A stretch of 64,000 nucleotides of DNA from Saccostrea cucullata. Its lineage: Eukaryota. The translations under genes and the position numbers were made by a program. Position 1 is the first letter of the stretch; each line of letters opens with the position of its first letter. The stretch is from positions 372,001 to 436,000 of the forward strand of contig NW_026932328.1 of assembly GCF_032062105.1 (NCBI RefSeq), read 5' to 3'. The notes beneath the pieces were generated by a model, which did no database searches, had not been told where the DNA came from, and saw nothing but the letters and a program-made list of their open reading frames with translations. Positions 11,338-24,610 of this stretch are shown here, piece after piece.

Positions 11338-13244
11338 CTATGTCTGAACAGGTAGTCTAATGATCAGTGATGAATTGTTTTTGTTAAATTTTGCTGATGC
11401 ATTGGAATCATCAATAAGATAGGGAAAAGAAACATTCAGATGATATAGATCCTCCACTGTCAAGTCAATGTCATCCTGAAAAAAGAAAACAATGTTATTT
11501 CTTCTTAAATTCATTGCTCTGAAAGAACATAAGCATTACAAATAACACAATTCAATTTCATGTTTTCAGCATTTGACATGTTAAAAATAAGGATAAATTG
11601 CACAAAGTATAGTAAACTTTTCCTTTCTCTTACCTCAGAAATATCAAGCTCACATTCTGACACTTTGTTTACACCAGGTAATTTTATGGTAAGGATCAGC
11701 TCCTCTAAGTTTTTCTCTTTGAATTTCTCCTCCATATTGTACTCTGGAACTTTAACCTTTGAACTTGGTTTCTGATTGGTGGAATTCATTTCCTGGATGA
11801 GATTCTGTTTTGCTGGCTTCTCCTTGCTAAGTCCTGGTAGCTGAATATTTGGGGTATTATTGCTCTTTGCATTGTCCTCTGTAGATAAGTTTGCTAATTT
11901 GTTCATCAGAGAATCTTTGGCACCACAGCCTTGTAATCCAAAAGTTTTCTCCAGCTCAGAGAGTTGTTCATCAAACTCATCATCTTCATTTTGTTTCTGA
12001 CTCTGGAGTGCTTTCTGTAGACTTAAGATGTTGCCCTTAAATTTGGTCGTGGATGGTAATATTGAGAAACTCCTTGACAGGGTGATTTTGTGTTGATTGT
12101 GTACATAGTCTATGGCTAAGTTTATAAGAGCAGTTCGGTCTGATGAATTTTTACAATCTATCCCAAATTCCTCCAAAATCTTAGGATTAAATGCAACTCC
12201 AGAATAGGAAAACTCTCCTGAAAATAATTTTATAAAATTCTTAGTATAGGGTATATTGTTTATGCATCTGTTCATCCAAAATGAAAAGCACTGCATGTAA
12301 AATTACATATTTCATTTTTTCAAAATTTCATGATTTGGAGAAAAATATAGGTTAGTGGGGATTTGATTTGGTGGTTATAAAGATTCATTACTGATACTGT
12401 ACTTTGAGATTTTACAAATTATGGAGGAGATGAATTCCTGTGTCCCTTCACACCATGAAAATTAAAGTAATAACTCTTTTGAAATTTAGTGATTTTCCAG
12501 TATTTATACTTAAATGCATATATGTATTATGAGATATGTGTAGGTCTGTTAAATTGTTAAAACTCTGGCATATTTTTTGTATACCATTCTCATCCTTGTC
12601 CTGTAAGACTCTAGTTCCAGCGACAGGTATAGCATCCTCAGGAGTCTTTGGCTCGGGAATTTTATTCCAAGAACAAAAGTTAATGAAATATCTTCTCTTT
12701 GTACTCTGAAAAAACAAATGTATTTTAACCACAAATAAACCTCTCCTGAAAAAGATATTTCAATAAATCAGGAATACTTATATTAAATTCCTTTTTCACA
12801 ACTTACTGTGACCATTGTCATGACACACATATGGGGCTCTGCTGGTTTCATGTACTCCTTCCCTTCTGTCATATGTTTGTCAATAAATTTTCTGTAAGCC
12901 TTTAAAATAAAATTTTTGTCAAAGTTTTTTTTTATTTGAATTATAAATTAACAGTAATACATGTCCAAATATCAATTCCAAACCTTTTTGTTCCTGATGA
13001 ATAAAAAATCATATAGCAGGAAATATTCAGTGCACTTGATTTTTTTTTCATAACTGCAATTACATATACCTAGACAACATTTTTTTTTATGTTTATCCTT
13101 CTACGAAATCTACCTATAGTAACGTGTACATGTATGTCTTGTATGTACCTGAGGATTATTTTCTGCCATTTCATCTAGCATGGTCCATATACTTTGAGCC
13201 TGCTTCATCATGGAATCCCTATCAACACCATCAGGTACAGCCAT
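11338..13244 (-). CDS. PIH1D2: PIH1 domain-containing protein 2 (R2TP-like co-chaperone / dynein assembly factor), 343 aa
   Basis: Exons 13244-13149, 12899-12807, 12705-12585, 12217-11634 and 11475-11338 are in frame. The N-terminus QSIWTMLDEMAENNPQAYRKFIDKHMTEGKEYMKPAEPHMC...YFINFCSWNKIPEP matches PIH1D2. C-terminal CS domain: LTIKLPGVNKVSECELDISEDD...ASAKFNKNNSSLIIRLPV. Confidence 0.88.
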
Positions 13245-14564
13245 TGTTTAAAGGAGTGTGGTGCCCGAGATGAAAAAAATTAATATTGTTCCTTCTGAAA
13301 AAAAAATTAAAGTATACCTGTTCTACAAGTTATGAAGTAGATTTGCATAAAGTATAATATGCAAATCATTTTATATTTTCAATAAAATCCCCTTATAGGG
13401 ACGTTAAATACACTGTTTTCTTAGCAAGTCTGATTCTGTTTTAAATCATAGTTACAAGTAGAACAATATCTGTAGGAAGGTGAGATATAAAAAAATGTAT
13501 TCAGTTTTCACCCCCTTCTTCAAGAAACTAAATAATTTTTAAAGATGTTGATTCCGACTATATCTCTATTGTTTACGAATAAAAAGAAGCATACATTTCA
13601 AATGCTTATAATTATTATTACCAAAGATGTAACAGGTATATTCAATAATGAATATAAATGGACACATCATGTAAAATATATACACTTTTCGAGGTATTAT
13701 AGATGTCGGACGACAACAACTTGAAAAGCACTTAACCCAATCTAGCTCCACTTACTATTTGAATTTTTTTTTCCTGCCATCAATCGTTTACCTAAAACTA
13801 ATTGAAATGCTTCAAACTTGAACAATGCACAGGGTTTTGTCATGAAATGTTTACCTTCTCTTAATATATTTACTATTACAATAAAAATATATCTTGTGTT
13901 GTAAGAATGTATTTTTATAGTAGCTAGGGGAAACTATATTTAGAGAAGGTATTATTTCGTGACAAACTCCTGTGAACAATGTAGTCATGTCATAGGCGCT
14001 TGTTTCATACAGTACGCTAGTTTTCTACTAAATAATATATAGTATAAAACTTGTGTACTGTATGAAACAAGTGCATGTGAGTCATGTGCATGTAAACAGA
14101 TATGTAAATACCATCATTCAGCCATTTTCACAACTAAACTTTACATCTGAATAAACAACCGTCAAATTTACGTACTTCTGACAGAATTCCAGCATTATTA
14201 AGTAATTACCTGAGATTCTTTTCTGGCCAAATGTGTCTTATTTGAAAATCATGAAGACTTCGTGTCTCATCGCGTCCATAACGATAAAAGGTAATTCCTG
14301 TATACCGAACCCGATTCTCAAATTAAATTTTTTTTTAAAAAAGGGGGATAGAAAATAAGACAGGAAAAGATGCATGAATATAATAGCAACAGAAAAATAA
14401 TTATAAAGGAAAATCAGTTTTAATATATAAATGGGTTAAAGGTAATTTAAATGGGATTTTTTTTTGCGTGTAAAATGAACAAGAACCCCAATATTTGAAA
14501 AAAAAAAAATAAAACTGACTTTATACTAGCGCTTCGCACAAAAATATATTATCTGACTTAACCG

Positions 14565-15132
14565 AAGATTGGGGGGTATATATAGTTTTTGTCCCGTCTT
14601 TCTGTAAAAATTTAACCTTGCCCATAACTTCTGATTGGTTGAAGCTAGTACTAGAGTAGCTTTTATATTTCACATTTACATTCCTTGTGACAAGACGTTC
14701 CCTTGGGTAGGTCAAACCAAATTTTTGACCTCTTGGCCTTAAAGTTTGACCCTCTTTTACAAAAATTTGCGCAACTTTAACCTTGGACATAATTTTTGAA
14801 CATTTGGTGCTAGGGTTTTTCATATTTCACATGTCTTCATCTTGACAAAATCTTTTCATGGATGTAAATCTTTTGACCAGTTAACCTTGACCTCTGAGTT
14901 TTACTCACTTAAAAAAAGGTTTATTATAGAATGGCCTTGTGATGGGTTGAGGGTTAAGACAAACAATGAAGATTTGTAGTTCTTCAGAAAGACGTCGCTA
15001 AAGTCAGCCCATGAACTACTGAATGAAATTCGCCAGAGGTCCCATAGCAACATGTTGATTCAGGATTCGGGACCCCTGGTACTGCGAGGATAGCTATACC
15101 GGGGCATCAGTGTCTCACAAACACATCTTGTT
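14565..15132 (+). mobile_element. Helentron-type non-autonomous element
   Basis: Typical 5' end 'ggggtatatagtttttgtcccgtctttctgt', two copies of an 'aaccttg..cataa..tt' repeat unit, and a 3' hairpin 'gtgtctcacaaacac' followed by atcttgtt. Confidence 0.6.
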
Positions 15133-16087
15133 CTTTTTAATGATACCTATTTAATATTATGTGTTACATCATATTGTTTTAATCCCCCTTAAAATCCTCC
15201 TCCTTGTTCTGACTGAAAAAATATTAGATTCAACAAATATTAATTCATAAATAACTATTTAGAGTGACCCGTGAAATTTTTAATACAATCTGCAATGGAT
15301 ACAGGCACTTCAGTGACCCATGTCACCCGGTACGTAAAGTTACTAGTATACATGCATAGTGGTATGTCCGCCGGATTTACCTAATTTCTCTTGAATTTTA
15401 ATCAGTCTACTTGGCTAGATTCTCTACAAATGTAAAACTTCTTCACTATTAAATGTTTACTCTCATTCTTTATAAATGTTAAAAACAATGGAAGATTATT
15501 AAAAGACTTAAGTTGTGGACGAAATATCACAAACGCATTGACAATATAAAATAATGCACCAGAAAATCCTTCATTGACCTAGTCACTGAAATAAATGTTT
15601 CTAAAATTAAAAAACAACAAGTCAGTTGGTATATATATGCAATTAAACTTTTAAAGGGAGCATAATCCACTTAAAAAGAAAAATATTTAAACAGGAATTA
15701 TCGCAGCAAGAGAATATATGAATTCCTGTTCTTTTATTAGAACTTCGTTCTACTTGGACTGGTTGTTTTGCCATTTTAACAAAAAGAAAAGATAAGATTA
15801 TGTGTTTTTTTTCTGTTTGCATTTTGTGTGAACTAAATAGGTAATACGTTTAAATAACGTGTCAGTTGTTTTGTCATTTGGAAGGATAATTCACAATCGC
15901 TATGGAAGTGGGCACTTTCACTGTGACATTCCGCATTAAAAGTAACTGAACCTAACAACCAGAGAACAGGTAAACTTCTACAGCTCCTTTTTTCTAGTTA
16001 TCAACCTAAATGATTCAATTACGTCATAGTTAATTTAGAACAATCATATACATAATACATATAAAATTTTACTGGATTTCAGTTAGA

Positions 16088-16957
16088 ATGGAGAGTGCCA
16101 TTGCCATTGTTCAAACTCCCACCGAAGAGTTTCATAGAAGAAGCGGTTTAAAGGACATCAGAAACCTGAAACACAGTGAAAAACCAACTTTTCTTCAGTA
16201 TTCCAGGAAGTATACATCGTCTTTACCATCCGACTGTAAACCATGGAAGATAGCCGACATGACTTTGCTCTCCAATGGCCGCTTTGCGATTGTGGACACA
16301 GCAAATACAAGGCTTAAAATTTTTACCCCTGATTTCGTTCACGTTACCAGTAAAATCCTTTCTGACGATTCACACAGTCTTACAAGTTTACAAGGAGATA
16401 AAATATTCGTGATGGACAATACATTGGTCAGCTTCTATCTATTTAGCAAAGAGAGACTAAGTTTAGAGGAAAAATTCAAATTGACTGGCATGCACTATGA
16501 TATCTTTAGTGATGGAAATGTGCTTTTTCTAATTAAATTAACGACTTTTGTTGTCAAAAATGACAAGTTTGAGACGCTAAAAACCATTGATTTCAGACCA
16601 ACATTGGGATACACACCAGATACTCTTATGTTTGATAAAAATGAAAACATTATATTTTTTAACTGTGACACCTGTTCTATTGTAAGTTGGGATAAATTTC
16701 AAGCTGAAAAATGGCGCCTCAATGACGCAGATTCTTGTATAAATATTCACAATTATGGACTGGGCTGGATCGTAGTGGGTATGGAGGAGGTGGTTTTTGT
16801 TGATTTAGGAGGGCGCACGTTTGAGCAGTGTCTTGGGGACCCGGAGTGTGAGGATTATAGATGTTCTGTAATAGACTGTGAAAGGAAGAAGCTGTTTTTA
16901 TCAGACAAGAGAAATGTATATGAGTATGATCTGGAGATACAAAATGTAATGAAATAA
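16088..16957 (+). CDS. Stand-alone NHL/beta-propeller-like protein, 289 aa
   Basis: Uninterrupted 870-bp ORF just after an acceptor (ttcAG at 16082), with an upstream donor at 15970. The NHL-like blade IADMTLLSNGRFAIVDTANTRLKIFT is followed by further beta-rich repeats. No B-box, coiled-coil or signal peptide is visible. Confidence 0.65.
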   Translation: MESAIAIVQTPTEEFHRRSGLKDIRNLKHSEKPTFLQYSRKYTSSLPSDCKPWKIADMTLLSNGRFAIVDTANTRLKIFTPDFVHVTSKILSDDSHSLTSLQGDKIFVMDNTLVSFYLFSKERLSLEEKFKLTGMHYDIFSDGNVLFLIKLTTFVVKNDKFETLKTIDFRPTLGYTPDTLMFDKNENIIFFNCDTCSIVSWDKFQAEKWRLNDADSCINIHNYGLGWIVVGMEEVVFVDLGGRTFEQCLGDPECEDYRCSVIDCERKKLFLSDKRNVYEYDLEIQNVMK

Positions 16958-18889
16958 GTATTTTAATATAAATTTTAGTATATACGAAAAATTATTATAT
17001 CATTGTTTGTTTATTGTCTGAGAATTGTTGCTATTATATTTTTTATATAGACAAAGCATATAAGAGAAATTGCAATGAAAATGGAATTGAAGGTATTGAT
17101 CTGGACATTTTCAACTTCTAGTACTGGTGTTGAAAATAATTGGAAGGTGCGTAACACCTCATTTTTTGTTAAATATCATTAAAACCATTAAATATATATC
17201 ATCTGTTGATACAGTGCATTATGTCATATAGAACATCTACAACGCATAGCACTGGGTCCTTTTTGTTTGCAACAAAGGATTTCTATTCAAAACTCCTTGT
17301 TGTCACCCCCTTTACAAACACTTGTTTCTTTTGTAACCAATGGCGGAATCGCACTAGTTAGAATCTATAGAACTGTTAAATTACTAACATTGTTAACAAA
17401 TTATTTCTTTAAAAACCAAATAATAAGATGCTTAAACAATGCACATGTACATTCATTCCTTAAGGATGACGTTTACTCAGGTTTCAGAAAACAGAAAGGA
17501 AATTTTACAAAATAAAATATATTTAATCAAAAAATTGTTTTAAATAGTCAAAATAACTAAGTTTTAGTTCAATATCAAGTTAAAAATTTAATATTTTATT
17601 ATTTGAAGAAAATATACAGGAACAAAAGTCAATGTAGGGTAATGCAGAGGAAAATCGGACTAAATTTTTAATTTTTCATAATTTGTCAAAATCTTTTATT
17701 TCTTGCAATATTAATCACAATGTAAAGGTTACATGTATTTTTAGACATCATTTCGCAAATATTATATGTGTTAAAACTCATAAGTTATTTCAAATACCAG
17801 TAATTGAATGCTATAAAATAAAGAAATTCAAAAATATGAACAAAAACCATTCCAGAAAACATATCTCAATAATTTGATCATTCACCCCATGAGAATAAGG
17901 GCAACAAAAATAGCTTGAGGCTATAAATAATTCAGAGTTCTTATCATTCAGATTTTTGTAATATTCGATTAAAAATGAGGAAAAAATATAAATATGACAG
18001 AGGGAATTCGGACTGTAATAATCATCAAGTTTATGGTCCAAACTCAAATCGTTTCTTTATATGAAGCAACGCTGTTCCATGGCTACAATATTTTATTATT
18101 TAAAGAGTTTTGTTGCTTGTAATATTTTGCGAGTGAAGAAAAAAATGGTCATAGTGTGAAAAATTGAGGTGTTTCCCGAGAAATACTCAGGTGCCACTAG
18201 AATGAATTGTAGGTCATTGACCTAGTTAATTGAAGCTGAAATTTAACACAAGGTTTATAGATTTACAATGTACAGTAGGTGGGTTTTCGTTCTTATCAGT
18301 GGAATTTTTAGTCATCTGAGTAAAGGTATACCTTAACATAACCATAGGCAACATGGGTTCATTCCAACTCGAGAGACAGCATAATATACACTGCAAGAGG
18401 ACACTCGAATTTCATAACATAACAATAAATGTTTGCTAGTTATAAATCAGAATACGCGTATATAAACTTGAAATTTTAATGAAATAAAGCTAGAGGACTT
18501 ACAGAAGTTTTAAGTCAGACCAAGAGGATCTAGAGGGAAATACTTTGCAATATTTTCATACCGCAGTATAAATATAAAATTTTTGCAAGGGCTTTCGTTT
18601 GAAAAACATTACAAAAGGATTTTCTTTAAATTAAATAAATTGCATTCATTTCGATAACTGAGATAAAAAGTTATTTTAAAAAGTTCGTTTTAATTTATTA
18701 ATATTAATAAAAATGTAACTCGAAAATTTACTTACATTGTCATTTTGCAAATTTATTTTGTTAAAAAAAATATTATGATAGTACACAATTAAAAGAACTC
18801 TGAAGATGATATTAAAAAGATGCTCTAGTTTCTAGTTGACAATATCTATGTGGTTTTGGAGACCAGGTCTTCCAACAATCTACTGGAAA

Positions 18890-19030
18890 TCCTATGGCAG
18901 AGGATGCTCACTTTTCCATGGCACCTGGTCCCACCTCTGATGTTTTTGAGGTCCGCGTTTGCTCTGCTCCTATTTTGTATTGTTTTACGGAATTTTGAGC
19001 TTGAATACGGTTTGTTATCTCCATATATTT
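18890..19030 (+). mobile_element. 3' fragment of a Penelope-like retroelement family
   Basis: Motif 'ggatgctcac..ccatggcacctg.tcccacctctgatg...gtttgctctgctcc', which lies directly downstream of RT-coding relics in the copies at 39.3, 48.5 and 55.2 kb. Confidence 0.55.
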
Positions 19031-19522
19031 CACATAATACCTCGAAAAACCTTAGTCAGAAAAAGATAGGTAACAACATGTCACTTCACCAAGCGCTTGG
19101 TATTTTAAAGTGAAAGTTGCAGATATTTCTGGCGAGACATTTTAAAGTGTAGATGGTCCTTGTCGCGATAAAGAATGGCCCTGAATACCTAGTAAGAGTT
19201 TTGATTTGAAGTTTTTCACTTTCACGTGGCATGTACGGTGACGTCGCAGAAGAGTAAAACAATCTTGCAAAGAATGTAAAACTACAGAACAGCTATCTAT
19301 AATGGTAGTTTAAACATTGTCATTTGTCATGTTAGTTTTTGAATTTTCATTTATGATGTTAAATAAATTTTGAAATTGTTCTCTATGATGTAAGTTTATA
19401 AATTATCTTTCATCATTTAAGTTTAAATATTATATTGTAATTGTTCTCTATGAAATTAAATGATTAAATGAATTTCCAATATGAGATTTTTTTGATTTGA
19501 CAAATAGAGACGTCAAATACCG

Positions 19523-19584
19523 CATCGTCGGATACCAGTGATGAATGAGTAAAAGACGAGATCACCCCCGGGTATCCGACGATG
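19523..19584. mobile_element. 62-bp mini element with 14-bp TIR and 9-bp TSD
   Basis: TIR CATCGTCGGATACC / GGTATCCGACGATG. Flanks CAAATACCG / CAAATACAG (1 mismatch). Confidence 0.7.
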
Positions 19585-19691
19585 CAAATACAGGTGAAGG
19601 GCATGAAATTTAGAACCGTACTCGGCACCCAGGTTCATTGAGCATGTATAGTGAGGCATTTTTATCAAGCCCACTCTTGTGTCATTTTTCT

Positions 19692-20069
19692 TTTTAGGTC
19701 ACCTGAGTAAACTCAGGTAACTTATTGCTATCCGTCTTCGTCCGTCGTGCGTTGAGCGTCGTGCGTCAACATTTGAACATTTTCACTTCTTTTCTGCAAC
19801 CACTCAACCAATTTCATTAAGTATCTATGGGTGAAGAGGGGGTGTGTGAATTTCATGGTCCCTGCCCCCCTGGGGCTTGAGGGGTGGGGCCAAAATCACT
19901 AAAATTAATGCAATCTTTAAAAAATCTTCTTCTTTACTCCTGGACATCAAGCAGTCAAACTGTTCGCATGATTGTAATCAACATTGAGTCCTCTGCCAAA
20001 ATTGTGAATTTCATGGCCCTGGGGTCAGGGGTTCGAGTGCTTGGGCTGGGCTAAATAGATTATATAGTG

Positions 20070-20103
<34 letters not shown>

Positions 20104-20246
20104 GCTCCTGGGCATTAAATAAACTAGATAAGTACTTAGTTATGTTGAATACGACTGCCTCTTCCAAAATTGTGAATTTCATGGCCCCAGGTTCAGAGGT
20201 TCCTAGGTGCTAGGGCGGGGCTACATTGATTATATAGTGAAAATTT

Positions 20247-20278
<32 letters not shown>

Positions 20279-20906
20279 GCTCTTGAGTATTAAACAAACT
20301 AACTAAGTACATAGTTATGATGAGCAAGAATGTCTCTTCCAAAATTGTGAATTTCAGGGCCCCTTGGTTGGGGCTCTATTGATTATATATATTGAAAATA
20401 CATTAACTCTCTAAAAATCTTCTCCTCTTCTATTGGGTATTATGCCAATGTTCTAAGTACATATTAATGATAATGAAACGTGCCTCCTCCAAAATGGTTA
20501 ATTTCAAGGCCCCTGGGTCGGGTAATTGGAGTCGGGGTGGGGGTTACATAGTCTGAAAATAAATTAATGCTTTGAAATTTGCTTTTTGGTATTAATCAAC
20601 TATTTATGATGAAATAAAGTTAATGATAAATTTCCAGAATTTTGAAATATGTGCCCCCAGGGTCAGTGGTTCCTGTGGGGTGGGGTGCACAACTGGTTAT
20701 AAAGTGGAAAGGCATTTTCTCTTTGTTACTCTGATCTACCTCTGTACATTAAGTAACCAAAGTAAGCAAGCTAAGTATATAGTTATGATAAGCAATGGTA
20801 CCTCTTTCAAAATTTTGAATTTCACTGCCTTTGATTTAATACACGAACCAATTCAATTGTTGGAAAGATACTCAGGTGACCTATAAGGCCCGTGGGCCTC
20901 TTGTTA
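19692..20906 (+). mobile_element. Helentron-associated element carrying a ~160-175 bp satellite-like tandem array
   Basis: subTIR AGGTCACCTGAG with a local IR and a (CGTC/CGTG)n microsatellite. About 6-7 repeats contain 'aaaatcttcttctct...ccaaaattgtgaatttcatggcccc'. The 3' end is CTCAGGTGACCT, hairpin AGGCCCGTGGGCCT, then CTTGTT. Confidence 0.8.
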
Positions 20907-22733
20907 ACTTTTAAATGCAAAAGTCGGAGATAACGACTAATGATAAATCTTATAAATGTAGTAAACTAAACGAATCGTTAACAAGACTAAAGCAACACAA
21001 ACCCCCTAGAAAGATCAGGTGCCTAGAATGAAAAAGCATCCCCTTTTGATCGGCTTCATGAATGATGTGACAGACTCTGAGGTGTCTTATTTCAGGTTTA
21101 CTGAAAAAAATATTGCATCGACATATACCCCAGGAAATGAAAGTAACTATTCTGAAAGGGGCAAGGATTTACTAAATAGTTTAACTAAACTAGCTAGAAA
21201 CATGCTATTTTATTGGATTTATAGTATGATGATGCCATAAAAAGAGACAAACATGCTTATTGTGTAAAATTCTACTGAAAAAAGAATCAAGTTATAATAA
21301 TTGTTTATCACATGTCAAATTTAAGCCAAATCGACATACAAGTACTTTTCTCATTATTGTATATCACTACAAACGAAATTCTTCAGATGAGCTTCATGAA
21401 CCTAGGGCCTCTGTTTGGGTATACTTGTTCTTTGTTAAAAATAAACAAGTGCCAGCATGACTCTTTGACAATTAGCCATTAAAGTTCAATAAACTCGTGG
21501 TATTTAAATGAGCCTTCTAGAACTGGTGTAATCATCCCAAGTTATCAGGAAACTACTGAGGTAAGTGTTAACTAACAATCAAATACTTCTTTAAAAACAT
21601 TTTTTTTTTTCAAAAATAGTAACTACATAAATAGTTAGACAATTTCAGAGATATGTATTTAATATTTTAACTTTCATTCCACTGGAAAAACTCTAGAAAT
21701 AGAAAAATAGAATGTAAATTTTCATTTATGATGCTTTTCAAATAGAAATAAAACCGACGGAGTCTGAAATTACTACAAAATTTGTACACAAAAATTTAAA
21801 TGCCTGCATTTTTGTCACTGTCTTGCACAAATGCAGTGCTATGATAAGCATATCATTCCAGAAAGATCTGGTTTATTCTATTAAAGCATTCAAATGTTTT
21901 TATATATAGCAAATAATAATTGTGTGTGTTTTTTTATAATATAGATTAAGTATAATGGAATGCAAATGTACGCGAAATAAATTATTTCATTGAGATATTT
22001 TGAAAGCTATTAAAATGCTGTATTGATGACTCCAAAGGAGGTAAAAAAAATCAATATCCTAAGTTAAGTATGGTGCTCGGATTGTGTCATGTGCAGGGTG
22101 CAACACTACACTGTTATCTTGTGTAACATGACAATGATATAGACTGTGGATCTGTAGATCACAGATCAGGAAAAATCACAATAACGACCCCTCTGATCAC
22201 CCAGCTTCATTTTCCGGACAATCATCAAAGCTCTGGGAACTTACACATGTATATACTGCTGAATATTGCTACTAGTGACAATGTTTTGCATTCACACAAA
22301 GACCTGTACAATGCCTGCAAACGGTTTTTGCATGCAAACATACTGAATCGAGAAAGGACAGGTCGCAATATTACGATTCAACTTCTTTTTGTTGCACGTG
22401 GCAGCTGTCATATGATAAAATATGAAATACATGTATTTTATAAAATTAAGGAAAATGAAATGATCAAAACTTTGCATTAAATTGCAAAAGACAAGTTTCG
22501 ACAGTATATAATTAATTTCCAAAGCGTTAAACTATAACCAATTACCTTCGTCAAAACATCACTCTAAAAAACAATTGTAATTAAAAATCTATCTGAAACC
22601 TAATTGTTTGTCTTTATGTTTGAAGCTTTAACCTTTCGATCCGCAGCATTCGGAGAAGTATTCTCTTTACCCAACACACATCTCCTTTCAGCTGCACAAA
22701 CGATCTCTCTTTTTTTGTTTTTAGGTTATAACG

Positions 22734-24610
22734 ATGGCCAAGTCGTCCGACAAACAGCTGACTTATCCATCGGAGGAGGTAAGTATAGATCTATTTTTGC
22801 AAGAAAGTTTTTGGAGGTATTGTTTCACACATACTTTATTTATAAACATATTTTAAATTCGCCTTGTCATAGTTCTGCTTAAGAAATTAAGCTGTGTTCT
22901 TCAAATTCGCCCAACCATGAAGAGAGCGAAAGGGGGTGAAAATAAAACGGGGCAAAAATTTCCCTATATATAGTTTTATTTTGAATACAATGACTTTGAT
23001 ATCTTCAAAATGCATGGGGGTCAATATTCGTGGATTGTTGATATTTTACAGGTTTATGAAGATGTAATTTCGTGTATTCATAAATATCAACAAACGGAAA
23101 TATATGTATAATAGGAATCCACGAAAACTAATGATATATTTCTCATTGTTTAAAAAAATAATTACCGACTAATTGGATTAATTCAATAATGTGATCTAGG
23201 TCGATCCATTCGAAGTTTTGTCTAAGAAGATTGGACATGGTGTAGAAGATGAATTAGAAGTTGAGAAAAAGACTTCTGTTCCAGAGGGGAAACTATTGGT
23301 AAGATATATTTCTAGGTACACATAACTAATGAATATATTAAGACTTTTGGTCTGCAATAAATTCAATGATTGATTTTAGAGCCATTTTGTTACGGGCAAC
23401 CAGGTACAGTTAGTCTCAAAAATAAGTGGGCGTTCTCTAAGGATTGTGCAGGATCGTGTAGGTAAACTCAAAGTGGACGGCAGGGGAGACCTAGGACAAA
23501 AAGAATGGAATGGTAACACTTTCTTTTAAATTTGTTTATTTATGTCATAAGAAAAATTATTGGGAAAGGGAGGACTTTTTTGATGTTTTCTATTCTGTGC
23601 TTATTTTCGATTTTGGGAGTGGGGATGGGTAGCATTGCATCCTGTGTTTGTCAATCAATTCATTGTTCTTTAAATGAAACACTACCCAAACTTAATCTTA
23701 TAACGCACATTACGTAAAAGTCAGCTTTCTATATTTTTTAATAAATGTGGATACGTATTTACAGTCTTACACTGTACTATGCCGTTTCAGCTGTCTGGAC
23801 AGTTATAAATGAAAAGCACAACATGGAGATTCGCCTTCATAATAACTTTAATTTCCTGTCTATAAGTAACGGAGAGACTAAAATTGTTCACGTGGTGAGT
23901 ACAGATTTGGTATTATCACTGTGGAGACACAGTTACAGACAAGTTTACATAAACAGTATATTTTTCTGTCAATTTGTTCTGTCATTATTTGTAATATCAT
24001 TTTTCATTATTAAAATAAACTAGAAAAACAAATATTTAAAGAATACTAGTACTACTTTCTGGTTTTTATATTCAATAACGTATCATTTTATCTGCAAATG
24101 ATTTACTTAAAGAAATAAAATAAATTCATATTAACATAACCTTCTTACCTATGGTGTATGGTTGACACAACTTTTAGCCCGAAGAAAAGGAGCACGATAG
24201 GTTGGATACGCTGTTTCTATTGGTTCTTGATCCAGAGAACTTCGTAGCCCTGGAGTCAGTGAAGGAACCTGAAAATTGTGTGGGGATAGAGGCAAACGGT
24301 TCCTTGAGATCGGCGGAGAAAACCTTTGTCCATGACGATCATGCCATGTTTGGTGTACATTTGATAGTAAGAATGTTTTGAAAATACTAAAAAATGCAAC
24401 AACAAAAAACGAATAAAATACAAATTGATGAATATGTATGCAGCTTTATTTTAAGATAAAACAATATTAACTCAGTAGACAACCACAGATATTCGCTTGT
24501 AGTATGATTTATGCCTTATGCAGCACACTAGTACTCTTGTTGATCTTTTGACAATATGTATAATATGTCTGATCATTTGTTTTCTTTTACAGAAGCCAGA
24601 TGCTAAATGA
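22734..24610 (+). CDS. Leaderless beta-trefoil-like protein, paralog A (~195 aa)
   Basis: Exons 22734-22778, 23200-23298, 23379-23511, 23791-23894, 24178-24366, 24593-24610. Translation: MAKSSDKQLTYPSEEVDPF...GNQVQLVSKISGRSLRI...AVWTVINEKHNMEIRLHNNFNFLSI...FVALESVKEPENCVGIEANGSLRSA...HAMFGVHLIKPDAK. Gene structure is supported by the colinear paralog at 43.7-47.5 kb; the fold is inferred from the three-fold repeat pattern. Confidence 0.78.

Noticed and set aside
13248-13300. TTAA-AGG Kolobok-like terminus overlapping the PIH1D2 5' UTR
   Set aside because: No matching second terminus was found, so exaptation of a transposon end is unsupported.
22890-23135. Two adjacent MITE-like remnants in intron 2 of trefoil A
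   Set aside because: Only one terminus of each is recognisable, so boundaries and TSDs cannot be supported.
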